Virus record (IMG/VR): IMGVR_UViG_3300027852_000075
Location: 1-42,819 of that record
DNA length: 42,819 bases
Strand: one strand, 5' to 3'
Source of the DNA: a virus
Taxonomy: Duplodnaviria > Caudoviricetes
Shown piece after piece: positions 19,048 to 27,498 of this stretch. Under the pieces are notes generated by a model, which saw only the letters and a list, made by a program, of their open reading frames with translations, searched no databases and was not told where the DNA came from. Position numbers and translations under genes: made by a program. Position 1 is the stretch's first letter; every line of letters starts with the position of its first letter.

Positions 19048-20064
19048 ATGAGTATCATCACAAGTGAAATTATCTGGAGAGAAGCAGAGGTCATGGTGGA
19101 CGGCTCTAGTAATGGTGGTATCATGACACCAACTGCCATTTCTACAGCAGTAAAAAATAATTTATGGCCGGATGTGCCTCAAAGTGAACGAACTGCAGGT
19201 TCTACTAAATACCGTAAGGTATTTATCCATATAGCCAATGATTCTGATATACCTTTGGTGCAACCCTACATATTTATTGAAACAAATACTCCTGGGGATG
19301 ATGCTGTAATTGTGTTTGAAGGTACTCAGTCAGATACCGAAGCTACTTTAGATGACACACGTGTTTATGGTTGCGGTCCATTGGACGCAAATGTAGCTGC
19401 TAGTGCTTCCACGTTTGACGTTAGTACAGAAGGTGTTGGATTTGCGATGTTTCAAGATGGTGATCTGATTCGTATCTCAGATAAAACAGATGTAAATGAT
19501 ACAGCCCCTGCCCATCACGAGGAGTACCATACTATTTCTGGTGCACCGTCATATACTGGGGATGTTGCTACGATAGTTATTGTAGGAACTCTTGCCTATG
19601 GTTACAACACAGCAGATTCTGCTAGGGTATCTTCTGTTATTGAGGCATCCGATATAGAAGGTTCTGTATCTGGGTATGGTATATCCAGTGCTTCTGGTAC
19701 ATTTGATATAGTATCGACACCTTATCCTATTGTTGTAGATCATATAGCAGGTGTTGAAGAAACATGGACATTGACATTCAAATCAGGTGGAGTAACTTTC
19801 GATTTGGCAGGAAGCAATTTAGGGTTTATCAATACATATCCTATCAGTGCATCTTTAGAGCCACCTAACGCGGATTATAGTAATAAGCCTTATTTTATTT
19901 TAGATCATACGAGATTTGGTGGTACATTTGTAGCAGATGACACTATTTCTTTTACTACACATCCTGCAGCTTATCCGTTGTGGTATAAGAGAGTTATACC
20001 TGCAGCCGCATCATCTTTATCCGCTAATAAGGTTATTGTGGCTATAGATGGTCAGTCAGCCTAA
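19048..20064 (+). CDS. Tail-tip virion structural protein (divergent member of the NxLFD/YR family)
   Basis: NGGIM...NNLWPDVPQSERTAGSTKYRKVFIHIAN and C-terminal PLWYKRVIP. RBS AGGAG. Confidence 0.65.
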   Translation: MSIITSEIIWREAEVMVDGSSNGGIMTPTAISTAVKNNLWPDVPQSERTAGSTKYRKVFIHIANDSDIPLVQPYIFIETNTPGDDAVIVFEGTQSDTEATLDDTRVYGCGPLDANVAASASTFDVSTEGVGFAMFQDGDLIRISDKTDVNDTAPAHHEEYHTISGAPSYTGDVATIVIVGTLAYGYNTADSARVSSVIEASDIEGSVSGYGISSASGTFDIVSTPYPIVVDHIAGVEETWTLTFKSGGVTFDLAGSNLGFINTYPISASLEPPNADYSNKPYFILDHTRFGGTFVADDTISFTTHPAAYPLWYKRVIPAAASSLSANKVIVAIDGQSA

Positions 20065-20075
20065 TAGAGGATGTT

Positions 20076-21293
20076 ATGTCAGAGGCTTTAAATACTAGTC
20101 TACAAACACAATTATCTACTGACGTATCAGGTACTTTATTTTGGGAATCAGATAATAAGGAAGCTGCTTTTCCTTTAAAGTATTATAGATTGTACGGGGA
20201 CTATACCAAAAAGTATAATACATCAGGGTCGTTGACTTTAGTAGGTACTGAAGATGATGATATAGATACGTATCTAACACTCATAAATAGTAGACAGGTA
20301 TCATTACGGCATGCCAATCATACTGGACTGATTTATAGTTTAACAGGTAGTGCTTATGATATTGAAGGTAATATTGTATATGGTGTAATTTTAACTTTTA
20401 ATGCTATTGAAAATGCGATTGAATCTAATAAAGAATGTATCGCGGTTATCCATGTAAAATATACAACTGAATATGATCTTTTTAAGTTTAGATTTGCTGG
20501 AGGTCCTTGTCCTAAAGTTAAACCTACAGAACCTAAACCTTCTCCCTATAATACTGCTGTACTGATAGCTTTAAATGAACCTACAGCTAACATATCTACA
20601 ACTACGGTAACACCACCGGAATGTCCAGATCCAGAGGAAGATGAGAATGTAGCAACAGTTCGGAGAAAAGATGCAGAACAACCTGCACTACAATTGGAAG
20701 TAGACCCAAAGAGACCTCCTAAAGCTAGAAAGTCTAAAGTTAGTGGTAAGCTATATGCAGATTGTGATTTGAAATTATATCCAGATGTAAATGCAAGTAT
20801 GGCAGTAAATCTCGGAACTCTTAGTCAATCTTCAGGAGGTAATGCATCAGGTGTTGAGGTAATTAAAGAAACTTTAGATTTTTCTGGATCAGCTACATCA
20901 CAACTTGGTTATCAACCTCTGAACGGCGTAGCTCTTGAAATTAAAGGTGATGTTACAGATCAATGGGGAAATAAGGTTAGTGCAGATGTTAGAGCACCTG
21001 GAGAGCGTGTAACCGTAGTGGAGTGGACTAATGCACATACATATAAATATGAAGGTAGCCGTAATTTAGGTCCAGATGAAATAGGTATTGTGGTTAACAA
21101 TAAACTGAAACCAGTATTTGCTGTGGTGATAGCTACTTACACTACTTCATTTAAGCGATACCGATATGAGTTTAATTACATTGGTGATGTTAATTTAGAA
21201 ACTAAAGTATTCGATCCAGGGTTTATTATTGCTCATCTTGGGGAAGCTTCAGCCACACAGCGCGTAGATATAGAAGAGGATGGTAGTAAATGA
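20076..21293 (+). CDS. Putative tail-tip protein with two-fold internal repeat
   Basis: Two similar beta-rich halves ending AVIHVKYTTEYDLFKF and AVVIATYTTSFKRYRY, separated by a Pro/Cys linker. RBS GAGGA. Confidence 0.6.
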   Translation: MSEALNTSLQTQLSTDVSGTLFWESDNKEAAFPLKYYRLYGDYTKKYNTSGSLTLVGTEDDDIDTYLTLINSRQVSLRHANHTGLIYSLTGSAYDIEGNIVYGVILTFNAIENAIESNKECIAVIHVKYTTEYDLFKFRFAGGPCPKVKPTEPKPSPYNTAVLIALNEPTANISTTTVTPPECPDPEEDENVATVRRKDAEQPALQLEVDPKRPPKARKSKVSGKLYADCDLKLYPDVNASMAVNLGTLSQSSGGNASGVEVIKETLDFSGSATSQLGYQPLNGVALEIKGDVTDQWGNKVSADVRAPGERVTVVEWTNAHTYKYEGSRNLGPDEIGIVVNNKLKPVFAVVIATYTTSFKRYRYEFNYIGDVNLETKVFDPGFIIAHLGEASATQRVDIEEDGSK

Positions 21294-21682
21294 GTTGGTT
21301 CAATACCTACAGAGAATATAGTCGTATAGTAGAGGAGGTCATTCTTACGGAACGAGGGTTATACCAGAAAGACGATGCACCTGAGGATGTAGAGGTGAAG
21401 GTTACTATAGATGCTGTACATGCCATTACTTTCGCTGAACAAAGTGGGGCATTAAAAACTTATTGGATGGATGTACCTGAAACTCAAAATAAAGATGATG
21501 AAACTGGTGGCGGTTATAATTTGGATGGTGCAAATGTATCAAACCATGAGTATTTACCAGATCAACAAGGTCCCAATACAGTAAGATCAATATTAACTAC
21601 TCAAATAAGTACTAAAATGGATAGCATAAATAAAGATGCGGTAGTTAAAGTTCTTGCAATAAAGGAAGCTGCACCAGAGTGA
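21290..21682 (+). CDS. Hypothetical protein (tail module)
   Basis: ATGA and GTGA overlaps with both neighbours; RBS GAGGA. Confidence 0.65.
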   Translation: MSWFNTYREYSRIVEEVILTERGLYQKDDAPEDVEVKVTIDAVHAITFAEQSGALKTYWMDVPETQNKDDETGGGYNLDGANVSNHEYLPDQQGPNTVRSILTTQISTKMDSINKDAVVKVLAIKEAAPE

Positions 21683-22656
21683 GTACTAATGTACATTTGT
21701 TTTCTCCTTTTTCTCTTATTAAAAAATTAGAGATAAATGAACTTCACGGATTTTATATACATCCAGCTAGTCCGGGCATAGAAGGATGGGGGGCACCTTG
21801 GACGTATCCTTATGGAGGTGAAGTACCTATACCAGGTACTCCTTATGGGGAAGGTCAAATTAGATTTATATCTCATCCACCTACAGCTCCTGAATGGAAG
21901 ATTTTGCACAGGCCAGGTACTTGGGTTTATGGAAATATAGATTGGATAGGTCATAATGAAAAGCCAGAAAAGCCAGAACATCTAGGAAAGGATCGTTTGT
22001 CTTATTGGGGACCGCAATCACGTTATTTTAGGGATCCTGATTTTGATTACGATGCTGAGGACAAACATCATGAGATTTATGAGGACGGTAGGTATCTATC
22101 AGTAGCACCTTTGCCTGTGTTAGGAGCAGCTTTACAAACTATTGAGAGTGAGCCTGATCCACAGACGGGAGAGATAACAAAACATACCTATCTACTTGCT
22201 ATATGTAAAGATGGTTTCGATGACAAAGTGTTTATAAGGGTGAAGCCTTCAAAGGTAATTGCTACTGAAATGACCCCTACTCTCAGAAACGAAATGATGG
22301 AACTTTGGCATCCAGAGGACAATCCTCAAGGGTGGACTATTCCTGCACTATTGCCACAAATAATTGACGGTAATTCTCAGGCTAACGAAGCTGATACTCC
22401 TTGGTTTTTTAATGCATCCGGTAATGAGTGTCAGTGTATGCGTTCTTGGGATAATGAGACTGCTACTGGGCTAACCACAGTAGTAGAAGAAGATGTAAAA
22501 TTTAGATATAAGATGGGTTTGAAAATACTTACGGTAGGTAACGTACCTTCTATAGATTTTGAGGTAGATAATTTATTTAACGAGGCATTTAACCAGTCAG
22601 AGGAGTTGCAAATGGGCACTGGTTATTGGGGCCGTATGAGCTGGGTAGCACTTTAG
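21679..22656 (+). CDS. Putative tail-tip protein
   Basis: 325 aa, Trp/Pro-rich (YGNIDW, SYWGPQSRYF, PWFFNASG); coupled start. Confidence 0.6.
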   Translation: MSTNVHLFSPFSLIKKLEINELHGFYIHPASPGIEGWGAPWTYPYGGEVPIPGTPYGEGQIRFISHPPTAPEWKILHRPGTWVYGNIDWIGHNEKPEKPEHLGKDRLSYWGPQSRYFRDPDFDYDAEDKHHEIYEDGRYLSVAPLPVLGAALQTIESEPDPQTGEITKHTYLLAICKDGFDDKVFIRVKPSKVIATEMTPTLRNEMMELWHPEDNPQGWTIPALLPQIIDGNSQANEADTPWFFNASGNECQCMRSWDNETATGLTTVVEEDVKFRYKMGLKILTVGNVPSIDFEVDNLFNEAFNQSEELQMGTGYWGRMSWVAL

Positions 22657-22659
22657 ATT

Positions 22660-24102
22660 ATGGCCAGAAGTCACGAATATTTATATGCATACCCTAAGGT
22701 AGAGATAATGACCTCTGGGGGCGATAACGATCCAGTACTTTGTGTGGATTATGACGGGGATACGGAGAGGGTATGTAGGATAAGTCGCTTCGCTTTTGCT
22801 TGGTCTTCTTTCCAGGTTATGTCTATAACCTATGATAATAGTGGATTGCAGAATGATACTTTGCCAGTAGTAAGGTGTACAGACTATCCTATAGATGTTA
22901 ATTACGAGTACATTAAAGGCAAGACGGATGATGCTAATGTAGTAGATAATATGTATTTGTGGGTGAATGATGAACCCTTTATATACTTAAACTCTCGTTG
23001 GCCTACAGGTAGATACGGTCCAGAGAAATGGCCGCCTAAAGATAACTATCCACGTACTTACGGAGATGAAGATCCAGGATTTACTGGTATCGGTCCGTAT
23101 GATCCAGAATCTCCTAGGCTTACTTTTAGAGAGTACCACGGTTTTGATTTTGTTGGTACTCCTACTCTGTTATTTAGTAGGTTGCCCAATCCGGGTACGT
23201 ATGGTATGCGGAATAATGCTGCTGAAGATGTCAAGGCTTTAGCAGGGTTTGCCCGTAAAGCCGGGAATTGTAAGTCTTATTATGTAGACATGGTTGATCA
23301 TCACGACACAAGATACATTCATTATATGGATATACGGACAGCCAATAAAAAGTTTGCTGTGTACACTAAGCATATAAAAAGTACAGTATTGCAGGATATA
23401 ACTGGTGATCCTTCAGAACCTTTTGAGACACGTGGTTCGATAGAGGAAAACAGGTATCAGCTTTGTTTGTGGGATGAAGAGAATGAAGATACAGGAACTT
23501 ATGACGGGTTACAGATAGAGGCAGATGTAAAGTTTGAGGAGCGGTGTGAAGAAATAGTAGATTCTTGGGAAGGTCAGACTATAGATAGAGCTGGGCCCCT
23601 ATTGTCAGGAGGTATGAATCCACATTGGACTTACGAAACACATTGGAAGAGGCAGGAGGCCCCGCTTAATGGTGACACGTTAAATTATATTCGTCCTTGG
23701 TACTATCATAAACATGCCTCTGTAGGTTCTGCCACATACAAAGGTAAATGGGATAATTATACAGCAGAGAACTATCCGTATTTTGAGGGCACAGAGTATA
23801 TGGCCCCAAACGTAACCCAGCTTATGTCTGCTACTGGTTGGGAAGTGTTTAAAGAGGTAGCAGGGGTGTGGACCTCTACGCTTACATATCCGGACAGACA
23901 TACTCATGATAGCCCTGAGGAGTTTAAGGTTACTGGAGGGTTCGGAATAGACGATTACCGTAATAAGGCTGTATACTTGCAGTACCTAAAGAACGGGTCC
24001 ACAACGCATTATCACTGTTTGAAAGTGAAGGGTAAGATGGATGGAAATATGAATACCCTAGCCGGAGCCGGAGAATGGTTCCATCCGATAGGCACAGTAT
24101 GA
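22660..24102 (+). CDS. Putative tail-tip protein; in frame with upstream ORF across one TAG
   Basis: 480 aa, Tyr/Trp/Asp-rich; junction reads CTT TAG ATT ATG. Confidence 0.6.
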   Translation: MARSHEYLYAYPKVEIMTSGGDNDPVLCVDYDGDTERVCRISRFAFAWSSFQVMSITYDNSGLQNDTLPVVRCTDYPIDVNYEYIKGKTDDANVVDNMYLWVNDEPFIYLNSRWPTGRYGPEKWPPKDNYPRTYGDEDPGFTGIGPYDPESPRLTFREYHGFDFVGTPTLLFSRLPNPGTYGMRNNAAEDVKALAGFARKAGNCKSYYVDMVDHHDTRYIHYMDIRTANKKFAVYTKHIKSTVLQDITGDPSEPFETRGSIEENRYQLCLWDEENEDTGTYDGLQIEADVKFEERCEEIVDSWEGQTIDRAGPLLSGGMNPHWTYETHWKRQEAPLNGDTLNYIRPWYYHKHASVGSATYKGKWDNYTAENYPYFEGTEYMAPNVTQLMSATGWEVFKEVAGVWTSTLTYPDRHTHDSPEEFKVTGGFGIDDYRNKAVYLQYLKNGSTTHYHCLKVKGKMDGNMNTLAGAGEWFHPIGTV

Positions 24103-24129
24103 TCTAGCATTCAATGCGGGAGATTAGTC

Positions 24130-24939
24130 ATGGCAAGCGTTGCAAATCTAAGACCTATATACTCAGGAGGAGCTGCAAATGAATCCCCTGATGCATCTAT
24201 AGGTGGTATTATATCTTCTGCATCAGGTAAAGATATTTTGTCACAAACTGCTTCAGCACCTACTAATGTCCAGTATGTGACTATAGACGATGCTATGGCA
24301 AATAATGAAGGGGATGGTACCCTTGCGTTCACTGCATCAACTACTTCTTTATCATGGACAGCTCCAGGTTCAGGTTCTCCTTACAGTACAGATGTTTCTG
24401 CAGGTAACGGTACTTACGTGCTGGGATCTCCTGCAGGTTTCCTTATTGTAACAGTAACCAACTATGCTTCACTTCTATCCGGAGGTGATGCTAGTGATAC
24501 AGATATCACTATCGCTACTCGATCTAATGAATTATTCGATAACATTTCTGCCTTGGAGTCTTTAAACGGAGATGTAGAGTACCGATGTTTTTATCTAAAA
24601 AACACCCATGGTTCTGATTCTCTTAGTGATGTACGTACATGGATTCGTAGACAGCCTACCGGACAAGATGAGATGGATTTGAGCTTGGATCCGGCAGGCA
24701 TAGGTAATGGTAGTACTACGGGGGTAGCAATAGGTCCCATAGATGACGAAGAGGACAGCGGAGACGACCTAACTGGACTAACCTTTACTCGGCCCTCTTC
24801 TCAGTCTGCAGGGCTTGTTATAGGGACTCTAGCAGCGGGAGAGTGTGCAGCGATATGGCTAAGGCGTACTGTGACTTCAGATACCACTTTGCAAGAATTA
24901 AATGATCTTTGTGATATAGGATTCTCGGCACTAGTATAA
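24130..24939 (+). CDS. Virion structural protein, SGGA/PDASLGG family paralog
   Basis: SGGAANESPDASIGG, NELFDNISALESLNGDVEYRCFYLKNTH, LDPAGIGNGSTTGVA, AIWLRRTV. Confidence 0.7.
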   Translation: MASVANLRPIYSGGAANESPDASIGGIISSASGKDILSQTASAPTNVQYVTIDDAMANNEGDGTLAFTASTTSLSWTAPGSGSPYSTDVSAGNGTYVLGSPAGFLIVTVTNYASLLSGGDASDTDITIATRSNELFDNISALESLNGDVEYRCFYLKNTHGSDSLSDVRTWIRRQPTGQDEMDLSLDPAGIGNGSTTGVAIGPIDDEEDSGDDLTGLTFTRPSSQSAGLVIGTLAAGECAAIWLRRTVTSDTTLQELNDLCDIGFSALV

Positions 24940-25730
24940 TGGATACAACTGATCTCGAATACAGATTATCCGGAGGGGCAGGTAACAGTGACCCCGATGC
25001 TTCTTTAGGGGGTATTAAATCTAGTACTAAAGTTTTAACTAGATCAGGTTCGTTTTCTACTATGACCGGGATAACCATTGTAGATGTGATAGGTATCCCC
25101 ACGGATGATGTTATTTTTTATAGTACAGGTTTTGATTACATAACCTTTGCTACGGAAGATGGTAATTTTGGAGACTACGTAAATGTACCTACTAATGATA
25201 GATATGTTCTGTACACCGCATCAGGGGATGTAGCAGATGGTTATGCCATTGTAGATGTTGTCACAGCCAGTCTTCCTGCTTCAGGCGTTGAAGAGGTAGT
25301 AACTACCACCCGGCTATCTAATAAAATATTTGATGATATATCGAATACAGAAGCGACAGCAGGCCATACTGATTATCGTTGTATCTATTTCCATAATGCT
25401 CACGCTTCCCAGTCTCTTGCTTATGTATCTCTGTTCATAGAGCAGAACCTGCCAGAGGCAGATTATATCCAGGTAGGGCTGGACCCGGCAGGCATAGGTA
25501 ACGGCTCTACCACAGGCGTAGCCACTACTATAGCTACGGAGTTACTAGTCCCTTCTGGTGTTACATTCAGTAGCCCTACAGAGGCTAGTCCTTTGTTGAC
25601 CAGTGGTACGATAGTTGCAGGGAATGGTTTTGCTGTATGGATTAAAAGGGTAGTTCCTACAGGTATTGTTTATAGCAGTACAGATGATGCCTTTATTCTA
25701 GGATTTCAGGCTTTTGTGGTATTGCCATGA
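24939..25730 (+). CDS. Virion structural protein, SGGA/PDASLGG family paralog
   Basis: SGGAGNSDPDASLGG, NKIFDDISNTEATAGHTDYRCIYFHNAH, LDPAGIGNGSTTGVA, AVWIKRVV. Confidence 0.7.
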   Translation: MDTTDLEYRLSGGAGNSDPDASLGGIKSSTKVLTRSGSFSTMTGITIVDVIGIPTDDVIFYSTGFDYITFATEDGNFGDYVNVPTNDRYVLYTASGDVADGYAIVDVVTASLPASGVEEVVTTTRLSNKIFDDISNTEATAGHTDYRCIYFHNAHASQSLAYVSLFIEQNLPEADYIQVGLDPAGIGNGSTTGVATTIATELLVPSGVTFSSPTEASPLLTSGTIVAGNGFAVWIKRVVPTGIVYSSTDDAFILGFQAFVVLP

Positions 25731-27076
25731 ACCCTTATGGGGCTTTCGGAGCACATACTTATTGGCGATTATATCTGTATGTGGATACGTACCTAAATAC
25801 TTTTAGATTATTTAATAATTTGGAAGGGACAGAGCCAGCACTCCATGTGTCTGAAGGGTACACGGCTACCAGTAGCGGAGGGGATGCAACTACTCGCGCC
25901 AATGTACTGGATCTGGACCCCACTACTTATTGGCGTACGTTTTCAGCCTCTCAATGGTTTAAGTTTGAATTTGACACCCCTCAAGAAGTACTCAGCGCCC
26001 GTATAAACGAGAATCACGGAACTGACTTTATTCTACAATATTCGGATAATGACTCTACCTGGACAACAGCTTTAGAGGTAGCTGATTCTTGGTTTAATCA
26101 AAGGGAATGGAGCGATAGTTTTAATGGGTTAGATTTTGCGTTTGAGCTAGGCAGTACCCATGTCAAATCAATTTTGGAATCTAAGCAGGCTAGGCCGATG
26201 GTTGCTTCTCTGGGGTCAAGAGTAGAAAGTGCCAACAGTAAAGACATACAGCTTGTAGATTCTTTAATGGAGACTTCCTACGATCTGCCTGCTACTCCAT
26301 TGGATGCCGCAGATTTTGGCATGATGCAATGGCAGTACTCAGGGGGCGCAACCAACGCAGATGAAGCTGATTCATTAGGAGGCATGCTTAGTAGTGTGGC
26401 TATCTCTTATCAGAATTTCCATATACCAGATCCTGTCTCTGGAATTACTATAGAAAGATTGGTATTTTCTGAAATCTCTTGGGGTATTTTAACGTTTAGA
26501 AAACTGAGTACAGGCGGGTTCTATTTCGAATGGGTACCTAGTGGAATACAAGAAGGAGCAGGGCAGACTATTTCATCTTCGGGTAAAGCTACTATATTAT
26601 CTGGAGGCAGTATAGATGAAGGATACATACAAATAGCAGTGGATGTTACTTTATTACCAGATAATGGTGAGGTTGTCGTTTATGTAGCAAACCAGCCAGG
26701 AAATATATTTACTAAAGTAGGGGAAGCAGAAGCAGAAGTAGGTTCTGTAATTTATCGGGGAGTATATATCCACAATTCGCACCCTAGTAAAGTATATAGA
26801 GCGTTAACATTATTCATAGAACATCCGTTCCCTGATGATCAGGTGTTATTAGAAATAGGTTTAGAATCCTCACCTTTGCAAATTATAGCTAACGAAACTA
26901 CAGCTCCTGCAGGAGTATCCTTTTCTGTTCCAAGTAAAGTGTCCCCTTTAAGTGTAGGAAATATTGCTCCTGGATATTTAGTCGGTGTTTGGTTAAAGAG
27001 AACAGTAGTTAGTAACTGTGATTTGAACAACTATAATTTAGTATCTAGAATCAGTATGGACGGGAGGTACGCATAG
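25727..27076 (+). CDS. Discoidin (F5/8 type C)-like domain fused to SGGA/PDASLGG family domain
   Basis: N-terminal HTYWRLY...TYWRT...QWFKFEFDTPQEV...DFILQYSDNDSTWT. C-terminal SGGATNADEADSLGG, VIYRGVYIHNSH, GVWLKRTV. Confidence 0.65.
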   Translation: MNPYGAFGAHTYWRLYLYVDTYLNTFRLFNNLEGTEPALHVSEGYTATSSGGDATTRANVLDLDPTTYWRTFSASQWFKFEFDTPQEVLSARINENHGTDFILQYSDNDSTWTTALEVADSWFNQREWSDSFNGLDFAFELGSTHVKSILESKQARPMVASLGSRVESANSKDIQLVDSLMETSYDLPATPLDAADFGMMQWQYSGGATNADEADSLGGMLSSVAISYQNFHIPDPVSGITIERLVFSEISWGILTFRKLSTGGFYFEWVPSGIQEGAGQTISSSGKATILSGGSIDEGYIQIAVDVTLLPDNGEVVVYVANQPGNIFTKVGEAEAEVGSVIYRGVYIHNSHPSKVYRALTLFIEHPFPDDQVLLEIGLESSPLQIIANETTAPAGVSFSVPSKVSPLSVGNIAPGYLVGVWLKRTVVSNCDLNNYNLVSRISMDGRYA

Positions 27077-27495
27077 TGGCGGTTGTAGAATTCAATAGAA
27101 CTAAAGATTTCATAGCTTCGGGTGTTGTGGCTCTTAAATACGAAGGATTACGAGCAGCCTTGATGGGGGAGAATTTTACCTTTAAAGGAAACATATTGAG
27201 TTTTGATGATGTAGCTGTTCATGAGGTTACAGGATTGGGGGCTACTGGAGGTACATTACTAACTTCCAAGCGTGTGCAGGTTAATTCAGACAATAAATTT
27301 GAGATGTATGTTGATGAAGGGCTGTATTGGCAGGATGTTACTGCAACGATAAGCGGTATATTAATATTTCGAGATGGTACTGAACGTACCTATAGTAACC
27401 CTTTGTTATGGTGGTTACCTACAGCGACTGGACTTCGCACTTTGGTGAGGTCTGATTACAAAGTAACGCTGCAAGGTCCTTTGATGCGTTGGTGA
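27076..27495 (+). CDS. Small virion structural protein, divergent paralog of 34494-34949
   Basis: LRAALMGENFTF...FDDVAVHEVTGLGATGG aligns by eye with FGMLLTTSSYTP...FVDDITNEVTGSGY. GTG start, RBS GGAGG. Confidence 0.6.
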   Translation: MAVVEFNRTKDFIASGVVALKYEGLRAALMGENFTFKGNILSFDDVAVHEVTGLGATGGTLLTSKRVQVNSDNKFEMYVDEGLYWQDVTATISGILIFRDGTERTYSNPLLWWLPTATGLRTLVRSDYKVTLQGPLMRW

Positions 27496-27498
27496 CTT

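Noticed and set aside
9403-24102. Contractile tail, tailocin or gene transfer agent
   Set aside because: There are no sheath or baseplate wedge genes, a full head module is present, and the tape measure and accessory region are far larger than in RcGTA-like clusters.
24680-25525. Possible DGR template/variable repeat pair (two copies encoding LDPAGIGNGSTTGVA), and the LamG repeats
   Set aside because: Mismatches are synonymous and not adenine-specific, both copies are coding, and there is no reverse transcriptase in the window.
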